NCBI GenBank assembly: GCA_038894195.1
Contig: JAWAPZ010000001.1
Span: 14,725-78,724 of the forward strand
Source of the DNA: Candidatus Pacearchaeota archaeon
Lineage (GTDB): Archaea; Nanobdellota; Nanobdellia; Pacearchaeales; UBA284
Direction: 5' to 3'
DNA length: 64,000 nt
Part shown: positions 37,608-45,665 of the stretch, in pieces
Layout of the letters: each line of letters opens with the position of its first letter
Numbering within the stretch: position 1 is the stretch's first letter
The notes under the pieces: model-generated
What the model saw: only the letters and a program-made list of their open reading frames with translations
What the model was told of the DNA's origin: nothing
Database searches by the model: none
Program-made: the position numbers and the translations under genes

Positions 37608-37734
37608 TTTCTCTTGATTGAAAAAAAACACTCCAGATTTATAAATATTTCTAATATTTAAAATATATTCATATATATTTAATATTGGAAAACAATATAT
37701 ATTTCTAGAAATTTTTTTGTGCAAGTTTGATCAA

Positions 37735-38364
37735 ATGAAAAGAGTAGAATATAATTATGGAAAAAGTAATTTGGTAGTAAGCAAATTTATTTCAAACTGT
37801 ATTGCAAGTAATGGTTATATTGGAACAAATTGGCTAGATAATATCAAAATCAAGAGAATTAAAAGATTTGGTTACGCTGGTGAACGTCAGTTTATGATAG
37901 CCCACCCATTCGATGGATTGGACGAGCCCCTCTATCCTGAAAAATTGACAGCAATGATGGTGGAATTGATTGGCAGAGTTGAATACAAAAAAGCAGATTG
38001 TATCATAGGCTTAGATGCAACGGGTATTATTCCGGCAACTGCAGCATCTTTGCTTACGGGATTGCCGTTGCGTGTGGCATACAAAGCGAATTTGGATATA
38101 AAAAATAAGATTATTTTCAAAGAACCGGGAACACCACATCCGGATGTTTATATTTACAATCTGCCAAAAGGAACAAAAGTAATCATAGTTGATGATGAAA
38201 TCAGAAGTGGGCGGACAATGTGTAATTGCATTAAAGCAATTAAACAATGTGGAAGTCAAGTGATGGATGTAATAGTACCGGTGGAATCAACAAAATTTGG
38301 TGCAAGAAAAAAAATTAAAAAGCTAGGATATGATCTGATAAGCTATGCCCAGCATGATTTCTGA
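37735..38364 (+). CDS. type I phosphoribosyltransferase family protein
   Basis: PRPP-binding motif VIIVDDEIRSGRT. Substrate not assignable from the sequence alone. Confidence 0.7.
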   Translation: MKRVEYNYGKSNLVVSKFISNCIASNGYIGTNWLDNIKIKRIKRFGYAGERQFMIAHPFDGLDEPLYPEKLTAMMVELIGRVEYKKADCIIGLDATGIIPATAASLLTGLPLRVAYKANLDIKNKIIFKEPGTPHPDVYIYNLPKGTKVIIVDDEIRSGRTMCNCIKAIKQCGSQVMDVIVPVESTKFGARKKIKKLGYDLISYAQHDF

Positions 38365-38419
38365 ATAAACTAAAATTACAAAACTTTATTAAAGATAAAG
38401 GTTAGGGCAAGAAGTAAAA

Positions 38420-41050
38420 ATGAAAAAATATGTTTATTTTTTTGACGAGGTTGTAGAAAGCAGAAATCCTAAAGAAATTCTCGGAGGGAAAGGAGCTGAC
38501 TTGAATGAAATGACAAGACTTGGCTTGAACGTACCTTTTGGGTTTACTATAACTACTGAAGTTTGTGATTACTTACATAAATACAAAAAATATCCTTCGG
38601 AATTACAAGAAGAAATTGAAAAAGCTATCCAAAAACTAGAAGAAAAAACAGGGACAAAACTAGGAGATAAAGAGAAACCTTTACTTTTGTCTGTTCGTTC
38701 AGGGGCCGCTATTAGCATGCCTGGAATGATGGACACTGTACTGAATATAGGTCTTAATGACGAAATTGTAAATAATCTTGCTAAAGATAACGAAAAATTT
38801 GCTTTTGATTGTTACAGAAGGCTTTTACAAATGTTTGGAAATGTTGTACTCAATATTCCTAATGAAGAATTTGAGAATATAATTTGCAAAAAGAAGGAAA
38901 TAAAAGGGATTAAATATGACATAGAATTTACTCCTTCTGATTTAAAAGAAATCGTTCTCGAGTTTAAAGATGTAATTAAAAAGTATGGTAAATATTTTCC
39001 TGATACTTCAAAAGAACAATTAAGTATGGCTATCGATGCTGTCTTCAAGTCATGGAACAGCAAGAGAGCAGTAAAATATAGAGAAATACATAAGATTAAA
39101 GGATTGCTCGGAACTGCAGTTAACGTTCAAATAATGGTATTTGGTAATAAAGATAAAAATTCTGGTACAGGTGTTGTTTTCACAAGAAATCCTGTCACAG
39201 GGGATAAAGAGATATATGGCGAGTATTTGATAAATGCCCAGGGCGAGGATGTGGTTGCAGGAATAAGAACCCCGGAACAAGTTTCTAAACTTAAAAGAGA
39301 ACTTCCAGAAATTTATCAAGAACTAATAAAAACTTGCGAAACTCTTGAAAAACATTATAGAGATATGCAAGACATTGAATTTACAATTCAACAAGGCAGA
39401 CTCTATATTTTACAAACTAGGACTGGTAAGAGAACTATCCAGGCTGCAATAAAAATTGCAGTTGATATGGTAAAAGAAAAGTTAATCTCAAAAAAGGAAG
39501 CAATAATGAGAATAGATATTTCACAGCTAAGTCATTTGTTTCATAAAAGTATTAACCCAATTGAAAAAACAGGAAAAAAACCAATTGGCAAGGGACTTCC
39601 TGCAAGCCCCGGAGCTGCAGTTGGTAGAATAGCACTCGATACCGATACGGCTATCTTAATGTCCGAGAAAAATGAAAAAATTATCCTTGTCAGAAAAGAG
39701 ACCAGCGCCGAAGATATTGAAGGAATGCATGTTTCAGAAGGTGTCTTGACAACAAGAGGTGGTATGACTTCGCACGCAGCCGTTGTTGCTCGAGGAATGG
39801 GTAAGTGCTGTATTGTTGGTTGTAACGAGTTATTTATTGAAGAGGAAAAGAAAAAAATTAAAATTAATAATTTCGAATTTAATGAAGGCGATTTTTTAAC
39901 TCTTGACGGATCAACAGGTGAAATCTACAACGAGAAATTATCTTTGGTAGATCCGCAACTTACAGAAGACTTTTCTGAAATATTAAAATGGGCTCAAGAA
40001 TTTAAAAAACTTAATATAAGAACAAATGCAGACACAGCAAAAGACGCCGAAATGGCTAAAAAATTTGGAGCAGAAGGTATTGGGCTTTGTAGAACCGAAC
40101 ACATGTTTTTTGATGGTGAAAGAATAAATATCATGCGCGAGATGATTCTCGCAGAAACAGAAGAAGAAAGAAGAGAAGCATTGAACAAATTGTTACCTTA
40201 CCAAATTAAAGATTTCATTGAAATATTAAAGATCATGGACGGCTTGCCAGTGACTATAAGACTGCTCGATCCCCCCTTACATGAATTTTTACCAAAATCG
40301 GATTCTGAAATAAAAGAATTTTCAAGAGTAACAAGAATTGATGTCAAGAAAATAAAAGCCAAAATTTCTGAACTACAAGAGTTTAATCCGATGCTTGGTT
40401 TTAGAGGCTGCAGATTGGGAATTGTTTACCCTGAAATAAGTGAGATGCAAGCTCGTGCGATTTTTGAAGCTGCTCTAAAGGTTAAAGAAGAAGGTAAGAA
40501 TCCTCTACTAGAAATCGAACTTCCCAATGTTATCCATCTAAAAGAATTTAGTTTAATTAAAGAAATAATTAAGAAAGTTGCAAAAGAAACCGGTGCAGAG
40601 CAATCGATTAAGTATAGAATAGGAACAATGATTGAGTTTCCAAGAGCTGCTTTAATTGCAGACGAGCTTGCAAAAGAAGCGGATTTCATGAGTTTTGGCA
40701 CTAATGATTTGACACAGACAATCTTAGGATTTTCAAGAGATGACTCTGGAAGGTTTATTTCTCACTACATAGCCAGAGAAATTTTTGAAAAAGATCCTTT
40801 CCAAACTATTGATCAAGATGGTGTTGGTAAAATAATGAAAATTGCGGTTGAGAAAGCGCGAAGCACTAAACCAGAGATTGAAATAGGTATCTGCGGCGAG
40901 CATGGTGGGGACCCAGAAAGTATAAAATTTTGTCATAAAATTGGTCTATCAAGTACTTCATGCAGTCCTTTCAGAATACCAGCTGCAACCATATATGCTG
41001 CTCGAGTCGCAATAGAAGAAAATTTAAAAAATGTACAGTCGACCATGTAA
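38420..41050 (+). CDS. ppdK: pyruvate, phosphate dikinase
   Basis: Phosphohistidine motif GGMTSHAAVVARGMGK, plus GLCRTEHMFF and CGEHGGDP. 876 aa. Confidence 0.95.
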   Translation: MKKYVYFFDEVVESRNPKEILGGKGADLNEMTRLGLNVPFGFTITTEVCDYLHKYKKYPSELQEEIEKAIQKLEEKTGTKLGDKEKPLLLSVRSGAAISMPGMMDTVLNIGLNDEIVNNLAKDNEKFAFDCYRRLLQMFGNVVLNIPNEEFENIICKKKEIKGIKYDIEFTPSDLKEIVLEFKDVIKKYGKYFPDTSKEQLSMAIDAVFKSWNSKRAVKYREIHKIKGLLGTAVNVQIMVFGNKDKNSGTGVVFTRNPVTGDKEIYGEYLINAQGEDVVAGIRTPEQVSKLKRELPEIYQELIKTCETLEKHYRDMQDIEFTIQQGRLYILQTRTGKRTIQAAIKIAVDMVKEKLISKKEAIMRIDISQLSHLFHKSINPIEKTGKKPIGKGLPASPGAAVGRIALDTDTAILMSEKNEKIILVRKETSAEDIEGMHVSEGVLTTRGGMTSHAAVVARGMGKCCIVGCNELFIEEEKKKIKINNFEFNEGDFLTLDGSTGEIYNEKLSLVDPQLTEDFSEILKWAQEFKKLNIRTNADTAKDAEMAKKFGAEGIGLCRTEHMFFDGERINIMREMILAETEEERREALNKLLPYQIKDFIEILKIMDGLPVTIRLLDPPLHEFLPKSDSEIKEFSRVTRIDVKKIKAKISELQEFNPMLGFRGCRLGIVYPEISEMQARAIFEAALKVKEEGKNPLLEIELPNVIHLKEFSLIKEIIKKVAKETGAEQSIKYRIGTMIEFPRAALIADELAKEADFMSFGTNDLTQTILGFSRDDSGRFISHYIAREIFEKDPFQTIDQDGVGKIMKIAVEKARSTKPEIEIGICGEHGGDPESIKFCHKIGLSSTSCSPFRIPAATIYAARVAIEENLKNVQSTM

Positions 41051-41399
41051 AGAAGTTGTAAAAGAATTTATGAAAACTGTAAAAAAGAAAGAGTATCTCT
41101 ATGCCAGAAGCGAAAGTGATGATAAAGGTTTCTTTCAAGGTAAAGATGGAAAGATAATTTACATTAGAAAAGGAAAAGTAGGGATTATAAGAGATGTAGG
41201 TAAAGATGCTTCTCTAAGAATTCAGTTTCCTTATAAAAGTTCAAACCCGCCACATGAATTAGTTGAAGTTTTTACAACAAAAAATGGGTGGTGGGAAGTT
41301 CCAATTAGTGTCCTAGTAAAAAGTGAACTTTCTAAAGAAGAAAAAAATTCCTTAGATGAAAAAGTATTAGACAAACTTTTTTATTCTAAAACCTTATAA
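41031..41399 (+). CDS. hypothetical protein
   Basis: ORF only. It overlaps the ppdK end by 20 nt, and an alternative ATG lies at 41070. No motif recognised. Confidence 0.4.
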   Translation: MYSRPCKEVVKEFMKTVKKKEYLYARSESDDKGFFQGKDGKIIYIRKGKVGIIRDVGKDASLRIQFPYKSSNPPHELVEVFTTKNGWWEVPISVLVKSELSKEEKNSLDEKVLDKLFYSKTL

Positions 41400-41401
41400 A
41401 T
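41391..41401 (+). promoter_or_regulatory. TATA-like box for tRNA-Arg
   Basis: CCTTATAAATT is centred about 26 nt upstream of the tRNA 5' end at 41422. Confidence 0.45.
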
Positions 41402-41421
41402 TACCACTTCTTTCATTTTAT

Positions 41422-41537
41422 GGGCCTATAGTTCAATGGATAAAACATTCGGCTTCGGAGAGCCCTCTTTATAAAAGAAGCCTCGGGAAGAAAATCGATG
41501 AAACCGAAAGTTGCAGGTTCGAGTCCTGCTAGGCCCA
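41422..41537 (+). tRNA. tRNA-Arg (anticodon TCG) with a 44-nt intron at the canonical 37/38 position
   Basis: Hand fold: acceptor GGGCCTA/TAGGCCC, anticodon stem TTCGG/CCGAA, loop CTTCGG|A, T-arm GCAGG-TTCGAGT-CCTGC, discriminator A. Exons are 41422-41458 and 41503-41537. The BHB is relaxed (central helix 3 of 4 pairs), so the intron boundaries are approximate. Confidence 0.8.
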
Positions 41538-41543
41538 CTGAAA

Positions 41544-41846
41544 ATGAAATTGAAAAAAAAACAAGAAAAAGAGCTTTTCTTTTATATGAATCGAGAGCTA
41601 AAAAGATTGAAACAAGTTTTTTCTGAAGTAAACTTAAAGAAAAAGGTAACAAAAAAAGCAAGTAAGGAAATTTTTGAACTTGCATATAGTTATTTTAAAG
41701 ATGCTTTATATTTTTATCAAAAGCAAGAATATGTTAAAACATTTGAATTGCTTAATTATTGCTGGGGTTTGCTTGATGCTTTGGCAATTGCAAAAGTATT
41801 AAGAGTACCTCCTAAAATGTGTGGGTGGTTTAAAACTAACTTCTAA
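41544..41846 (+). CDS. hypothetical helical protein (possibly DUF357-like)
   Basis: ATG at 41544, 7 nt after the tRNA end (the ORF-track start at 41511 lies inside the tRNA). YCWGLLDALAIAKVL resembles the DUF357 signature from memory. Weak call. Confidence 0.4.
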   Translation: MKLKKKQEKELFFYMNRELKRLKQVFSEVNLKKKVTKKASKEIFELAYSYFKDALYFYQKQEYVKTFELLNYCWGLLDALAIAKVLRVPPKMCGWFKTNF

Positions 41847-41856
41847 ATTTAATAAT

Positions 41857-41870
41857 CTTTTTAAATAAAA
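41857..41870 (+). promoter_or_regulatory. TATA-like box for tRNA-Pro
   Basis: CTTTTTAAATAAAA is centred about 24 nt upstream of 41887. Confidence 0.45.
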
Positions 41871-41886
41871 ATATAATTGCTTTTAT

Positions 41887-42014
41887 GGGGCTGTAGTCTA
41901 GCTTGGTAGGATTCAAGCCTCGGGCGCTTGCGACGCCGGTTCAAAAGATCAGAAACCTACGTTCTCCGATACTTCCCAAAATCCGGAAAAGAACTGAAAA
42001 TCCGGCCAGCCCCA
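41887..42014 (+). tRNA. tRNA-Pro (anticodon CGG) with a 55-nt non-canonical intron in the T-loop (position 59/60)
   Basis: Hand fold: acceptor GGGGCTG/CAGCCCC, anticodon stem CAAGC/GCTTG, loop CTCGGGC. T-stem GCCGG (41935-41939) pairs with CCGGC (42002-42006). Exon 1 is 41887-41945, the intron 41946-42000, exon 2 42001-42014. Splicing restores the T-loop TTCAAAT. Confidence 0.8.
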
Positions 42015-42020
42015 TTTTTT
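42015..42020 (+). terminator. oligo-T tract immediately after tRNA-Pro
   Basis: TTTTTT directly follows the discriminator base. Archaeal RNA polymerase terminates at oligo-T tracts. Confidence 0.4.
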
Positions 42021-42067
42021 ACTTTTAGTTCAGAAATATTTTTAAATGCAATAAACCACAAAATTAA

Positions 42068-42349
42068 ATGATGCGAAAAGAGGATTATCTGCCGCAGCTT
42101 ATTGAGTATTTAAGAAAGAATATAAAAAAAGGTTATAAAATTGACCAATTGAAATGGGTCCTAATAAATCAAGGGAATTCCAGAGTCCTTGTTGAAAAAG
42201 CTATTGAGATTGTTGAGAAGGAATTCCCTAAATTTGCAGTAAAAAAAGAACCCGAAGTAACGCCACAGCAAAAAATTGAACAGCCTAAGATAGAGATTAT
42301 AGAAGAAAAAAAGAAAGGTTTTTTTTCTAAGTTATTTGGAAAGAAATAA
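42068..42349 (+). CDS. hypothetical protein with an N-terminal helical motif shared with the tail of the 897-aa surface protein
   Basis: ORF. YLPQLIEYLRKNIKKGYKIDQLKWVLINQGNSRVLVEKAIE parallels YPEVVSYIKDALAAGASRQDIEQKLLEAGWPKDIIDESF. Confidence 0.5.
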   Translation: MMRKEDYLPQLIEYLRKNIKKGYKIDQLKWVLINQGNSRVLVEKAIEIVEKEFPKFAVKKEPEVTPQQKIEQPKIEIIEEKKKGFFSKLFGKK

Positions 42350-42370
42350 GTTAAAGTTTATTTCTTAGTT

Positions 42371-42380
42371 AAATTTAAAA
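42371..42380 (+). promoter_or_regulatory. TATA-like box for the initiator-like tRNA-Met
   Basis: AAATTTAAAA is centred about 29 nt upstream of 42405. Confidence 0.4.
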
Positions 42381-42404
42381 GTCTCAAACAGTTGATTCTC
42401 TTAT

Positions 42405-42480
42405 AGCGGGGTGGAGCAGCCTGGAGTGCTCGCGAGGCCCATAACCTCGAGGTCGCGTGGTTCAAATCCCGCCCCCGCTA
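42405..42480 (+). tRNA. initiator-like tRNA-Met (anticodon CAT, A1:U72, discriminator A)
   Basis: Hand fold: acceptor AGCGGGG/CCCCGCT, D-arm GAGC/GCTC, anticodon stem CGAGG/CCTCG, loop CCCATAA. The T-arm GCG(T)GG-TTCAAAT-CCCGC needs one bulged T. No encoded CCA. Confidence 0.75.
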
Positions 42481-42546
42481 CTTTATGTTTCTTTAAAGTG
42501 GTGACAAAATAGAAAAATTTAAATAAGCAAGTTTCCTTGAATTATT

Positions 42547-42870
42547 ATGGAAGCTTACATTGAATACTTAATATCAAAACAAAAAAGGAGATGTGGATTA
42601 GAGGGAGAATTAACAGTTTCTGATAGAAAAAAGTTTGAACAAATTAGCGGAGAAAGAATTAAAAAGCAATTAGAATATTTATTTGCGGGAGAAATAATTT
42701 CAATAGAAGGCATTACTCTTGCTGGAAATGTTCTTTTTTATGATGGTTCTCGATTGAGGTCAGAGCCACTAACTAATTTAGGATATTTTCTAAGCAAGAA
42801 GGGGGGTTTTGAAATATATGAAAAAGGGCCGACGATAATGTCAAAAATTAATTCTCAATCTTTTAAATAA
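42547..42870 (+). CDS. hypothetical protein
   Basis: ORF only. Its 3' end overlaps adk convergently by 30 nt. Confidence 0.4.
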   Translation: MEAYIEYLISKQKRRCGLEGELTVSDRKKFEQISGERIKKQLEYLFAGEIISIEGITLAGNVLFYDGSRLRSEPLTNLGYFLSKKGGFEIYEKGPTIMSKINSQSFK

Positions 42871-43482
42871 TTGTTCCCTAAAATTAGGGTCGTTTATATC
42901 AAGAGTTCCGTCAAGTTCTTCAAGTAAGTTAAGTGCTTTATAAAAAGCTAACACTGATTTAGTTTTTTCTTCATAAATCTTTAACCTTTCTTTTACAACC
43001 TCTGGTTTTTCGTCCTCTCTCTGGTACAAAGATCCGGAACAAAAATCACAAATACCTTCTCTTTGTGGAGCAAGAGTTTTTATATTAAAAATAGCATTAC
43101 ATTTATTGCAAGTTCTTCTAGAAGAAATTCTTTCAACTAGGACGTGATTTTCTGCTATAAGATTAAGAAAAACATCTATGTTTGTAATTTCTTTTAACAT
43201 TTCAGCTTGTTTTAAAGTCCTAGGAAAACCATCAAGAATAAACCCTTTTTTACAATCATCTTGTTGTAGTCTTTTTTTTAATAAGTTTAATGTAATTTCG
43301 TCTGGAACAAGTTGTCCTTTTTTAACAAAGTCTTCAATTTGCTTGCCAATTTCTGTCCCTTCTTGAATTTCTTTTCTAAAGAGATCGCCTGTTGAAATAT
43401 GTGGGATTCCTAATTCTTTGGAAATTATAGCAGCTCTAGTGCCTTTTCCTACACCAGGTGGTCCTGAAATTACAATTCTCAT
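42841..43482 (-). CDS. adk: adenylate kinase (bacterial-type, Zn-binding lid)
   Basis: P-loop GPPGVGKGT, ISTGDLFR, and lid Cys pairs CNKC...CDFC followed by QREDE. Confidence 0.9.
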   Translation of the reverse strand: MRIVISGPPGVGKGTRAAIISKELGIPHISTGDLFRKEIQEGTEIGKQIEDFVKKGQLVPDEITLNLLKKRLQQDDCKKGFILDGFPRTLKQAEMLKEITNIDVFLNLIAENHVLVERISSRRTCNKCNAIFNIKTLAPQREGICDFCSGSLYQREDEKPEVVKERLKIYEEKTKSVLAFYKALNLLEELDGTLDINDPNFREQLFKRLRINF

Positions 43483-43532
43483 AAAATAAAAATAGCAGAT
43501 AAGTTTTTAAATATTCTTTTTATTTCCAATAA

Positions 43533-43829
43533 ATGAAAAACCTTATAGCTAATATTGAAAAATTGAAAGAAGAATACCCTTTACTTATTAGTGGCTATAT
43601 TTATAATTTAAATAAAGCTAGGATCAATGGTATGGAGCCTAATCACAGTGCGGTCCTATCTGAAAAAATAAGAGGAATAAATGATGCGCTTAAAGATGGA
43701 AATAATCCTTCTTCTAAAATGTGTGAGTTAGTTGACGAACTACAAGAGTTTATTAACAATTATTCTAGTTCTAAAAGAATTACAAATAATTTAAAAAAAA
43801 TTAAAGATTCAATAATGTATTTTTTCTAG
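43533..43829 (+). CDS. hypothetical protein
   Basis: ORF only (98 aa, helical composition). Confidence 0.4.
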   Translation: MKNLIANIEKLKEEYPLLISGYIYNLNKARINGMEPNHSAVLSEKIRGINDALKDGNNPSSKMCELVDELQEFINNYSSSKRITNNLKKIKDSIMYFF

Positions 43830-43894
43830 ATTTGTTTCAGTCAAACTAAAAGGTTTAAAGACAAGTTTTTAAACTTCGACAAATAAATAAATTT

Positions 43895-44659
43895 ATGAAG
43901 CTCTGTATAGGTATTGATGATTCTGGCCGAGGTCCTATTATAGGGCCAATGATAATGGCCGGCATTCTTGTTAATGAAAAACAAAAACAAGAACTTAAGA
44001 AAGCTGGTGCAAAAGATTCAAAGCAACTTTTACCTGAAAAAAGACAAGTACTTTATGAAAAAATAAAAAATATCTGTCTTAGCTATGAGATTTTGGCCAT
44101 CTCACCTACAGAAATTGATGGCCGTGCGAGTGTTGGCCTAAACTTGAATAAGATTGAGGCCATCAAGACAGCTGAAATAATAAATACTTTAGTTAATGGA
44201 ATCTTAAATCTAAAAAGACTTTCTGAACGCGAAGAATTTATTGATGTTCAAAAAATGCTGAAAGACGGCTCGAGTATAGAAATTGAATGTTACGTTGATT
44301 GTCCATCGTCAAACATAGTTGCATGGCAAAACTATTTAAACAAACACATAAAAAAATTTGAGAATATAAATCTCATGCTGAAATGTGAGCATAAAGCTGA
44401 TGTCAATCATGTTGAGTGTTCTGCAGCAAGTATTCTTGCTAAAGTTACAAGAGATTCTGAAATTGAAAAAATTAAAAGGCAAATTGGCTTTGATTTTGGT
44501 TCTGGCTACCCAAGTGATCCTGTAACGATGGATTTTCTTGAAAAACATTCTAGTAAGTTTAAACATGATGGAATTTTCAGAAAAACATGGAGCACTTGGC
44601 AAGAACATGAGAAGAAAAAAGAACAGAAAAAGTTAGGTGAGTTTAATTTTCTTCTCTAA
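43895..44659 (+). CDS. rnhB: ribonuclease HII
   Basis: CIGIDDSGRGPIIGPMIMAG matches the RNase HII catalytic N-terminus (GIDEAGRGP). SGYPSD is also conserved. Confidence 0.85.
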   Translation: MKLCIGIDDSGRGPIIGPMIMAGILVNEKQKQELKKAGAKDSKQLLPEKRQVLYEKIKNICLSYEILAISPTEIDGRASVGLNLNKIEAIKTAEIINTLVNGILNLKRLSEREEFIDVQKMLKDGSSIEIECYVDCPSSNIVAWQNYLNKHIKKFENINLMLKCEHKADVNHVECSAASILAKVTRDSEIEKIKRQIGFDFGSGYPSDPVTMDFLEKHSSKFKHDGIFRKTWSTWQEHEKKKEQKKLGEFNFLL

Positions 44660-44957
44660 GTAAAACAATTATCCAATTTATAAAACAAGCAAACACATAA
44701 AAGTAAATTACTGTTATAATTATGACTAAGGGAATATACCAAGGATACTGAATAAAAGAGGGAAAATTTATTATAAAAATTGGTAATAAAGCGATATATG
44801 ATATGACTAAAAAAATTCTTGTTATTAATGGTTGTTTGCAAGTTCCTCCAGCCTCGGTAACACACGTAACATGGGGCATGAAAAAATAAAGAGTAGATAA
44901 AATAGCGAGGATTATTAAAATTATAATTGTACTCTTTTTGAAATTAAAAAATCTCAT
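44643..44957 (-). CDS. small polytopic membrane protein
   Basis: ORF with three hydrophobic helices. No motif recognised. Confidence 0.45.
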   Translation of the reverse strand: MRFFNFKKSTIIILIILAILSTLYFFMPHVTCVTEAGGTCKQPLITRIFLVISYIALLPIFIINFPSFIQYPWYIPLVIIITVIYFYVFACFINWIIVLLREEN

Positions 44958-45073
44958 ATACTAGATAAGAAGTCTATTTATTTAAATTTTTTTTAAAAAT
45001 GTTGGATAAAAAAGTTTGAACACAATCAAAATCATTAAAGAAATTATTGTTTAAAAAATTTAAAAAATAAAAA

Positions 45074-45592
45074 CTATTTTGAATAGCTCTTCAGTTTTTC
45101 TGTCACTTCAATTAATGGTCCAAGGTGCGAGTTTAAATAAGCACTGACCCCTCTGTAAATACCTTTATTTAATTCATTGTCTTCTTTTTTTTGTAATATC
45201 TCTATCCATTTTCTTACAGGGTGTATATTAAGACCATCACGTCCTCCGAAATACACGTTATCATATGTTACAGGTTGTCCTGGATTTGTTCTATTCATTC
45301 CATAACGGTTTCTCCCAGAATTTTCCAAATGAGCATATAATATCTTAATTGATTCTGCTAAATCTTTTTCCCCTTTCTTTTTTTCTATTTTTTCTTTTGC
45401 GTCTCGTATTTTTCGAATATTGTCGTATACTGGAGATGTCGCCTGAAAAAATTTTACGAGACAATCTAATGCTTTTTCTGCAGTGAATTGGTAACTATTA
45501 AGGTTTTCTTTTATATCCGCAAGTTGTTCGAATGGCTCAAGTAATGGCATTATTTTCTTTAAATCTTTCTGTGGTGAATAAAATAAACTCAT
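45074..45592 (-). CDS. hypothetical protein
   Basis: ORF. The ATG at 45592 is preceded by GGAGGT at SD spacing, so it is preferred over the ATG at 45604. Confidence 0.5.
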   Translation of the reverse strand: MSLFYSPQKDLKKIMPLLEPFEQLADIKENLNSYQFTAEKALDCLVKFFQATSPVYDNIRKIRDAKEKIEKKKGEKDLAESIKILYAHLENSGRNRYGMNRTNPGQPVTYDNVYFGGRDGLNIHPVRKWIEILQKKEDNELNKGIYRGVSAYLNSHLGPLIEVTEKLKSYSK

Positions 45593-45665
45593 TTTTACCT
45601 CCATCCTCTAAGTTTTTAGGCTTTATAAATCTTTCGGTTTTTACTATATAAAAGTAATAACAAAT

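Noticed and set aside
41413-41685. 90-aa minus-strand ORF, and the plus-strand ORF-track start at 41511
   Set aside because: Both run through the tRNA-Arg gene at 41422-41537. The minus ORF is antisense to the tRNA and to the DUF357-like gene. The plus ORF was re-started at ATG 41544, just after the tRNA.
41391-42550. Integrated mobile element or prophage using the tRNA cluster as an attachment site
   Set aside because: No integrase, transposase, direct repeat of a tRNA 3' end or phage-like gene is present on either side. The flanking genes are housekeeping (ppdK, adk).
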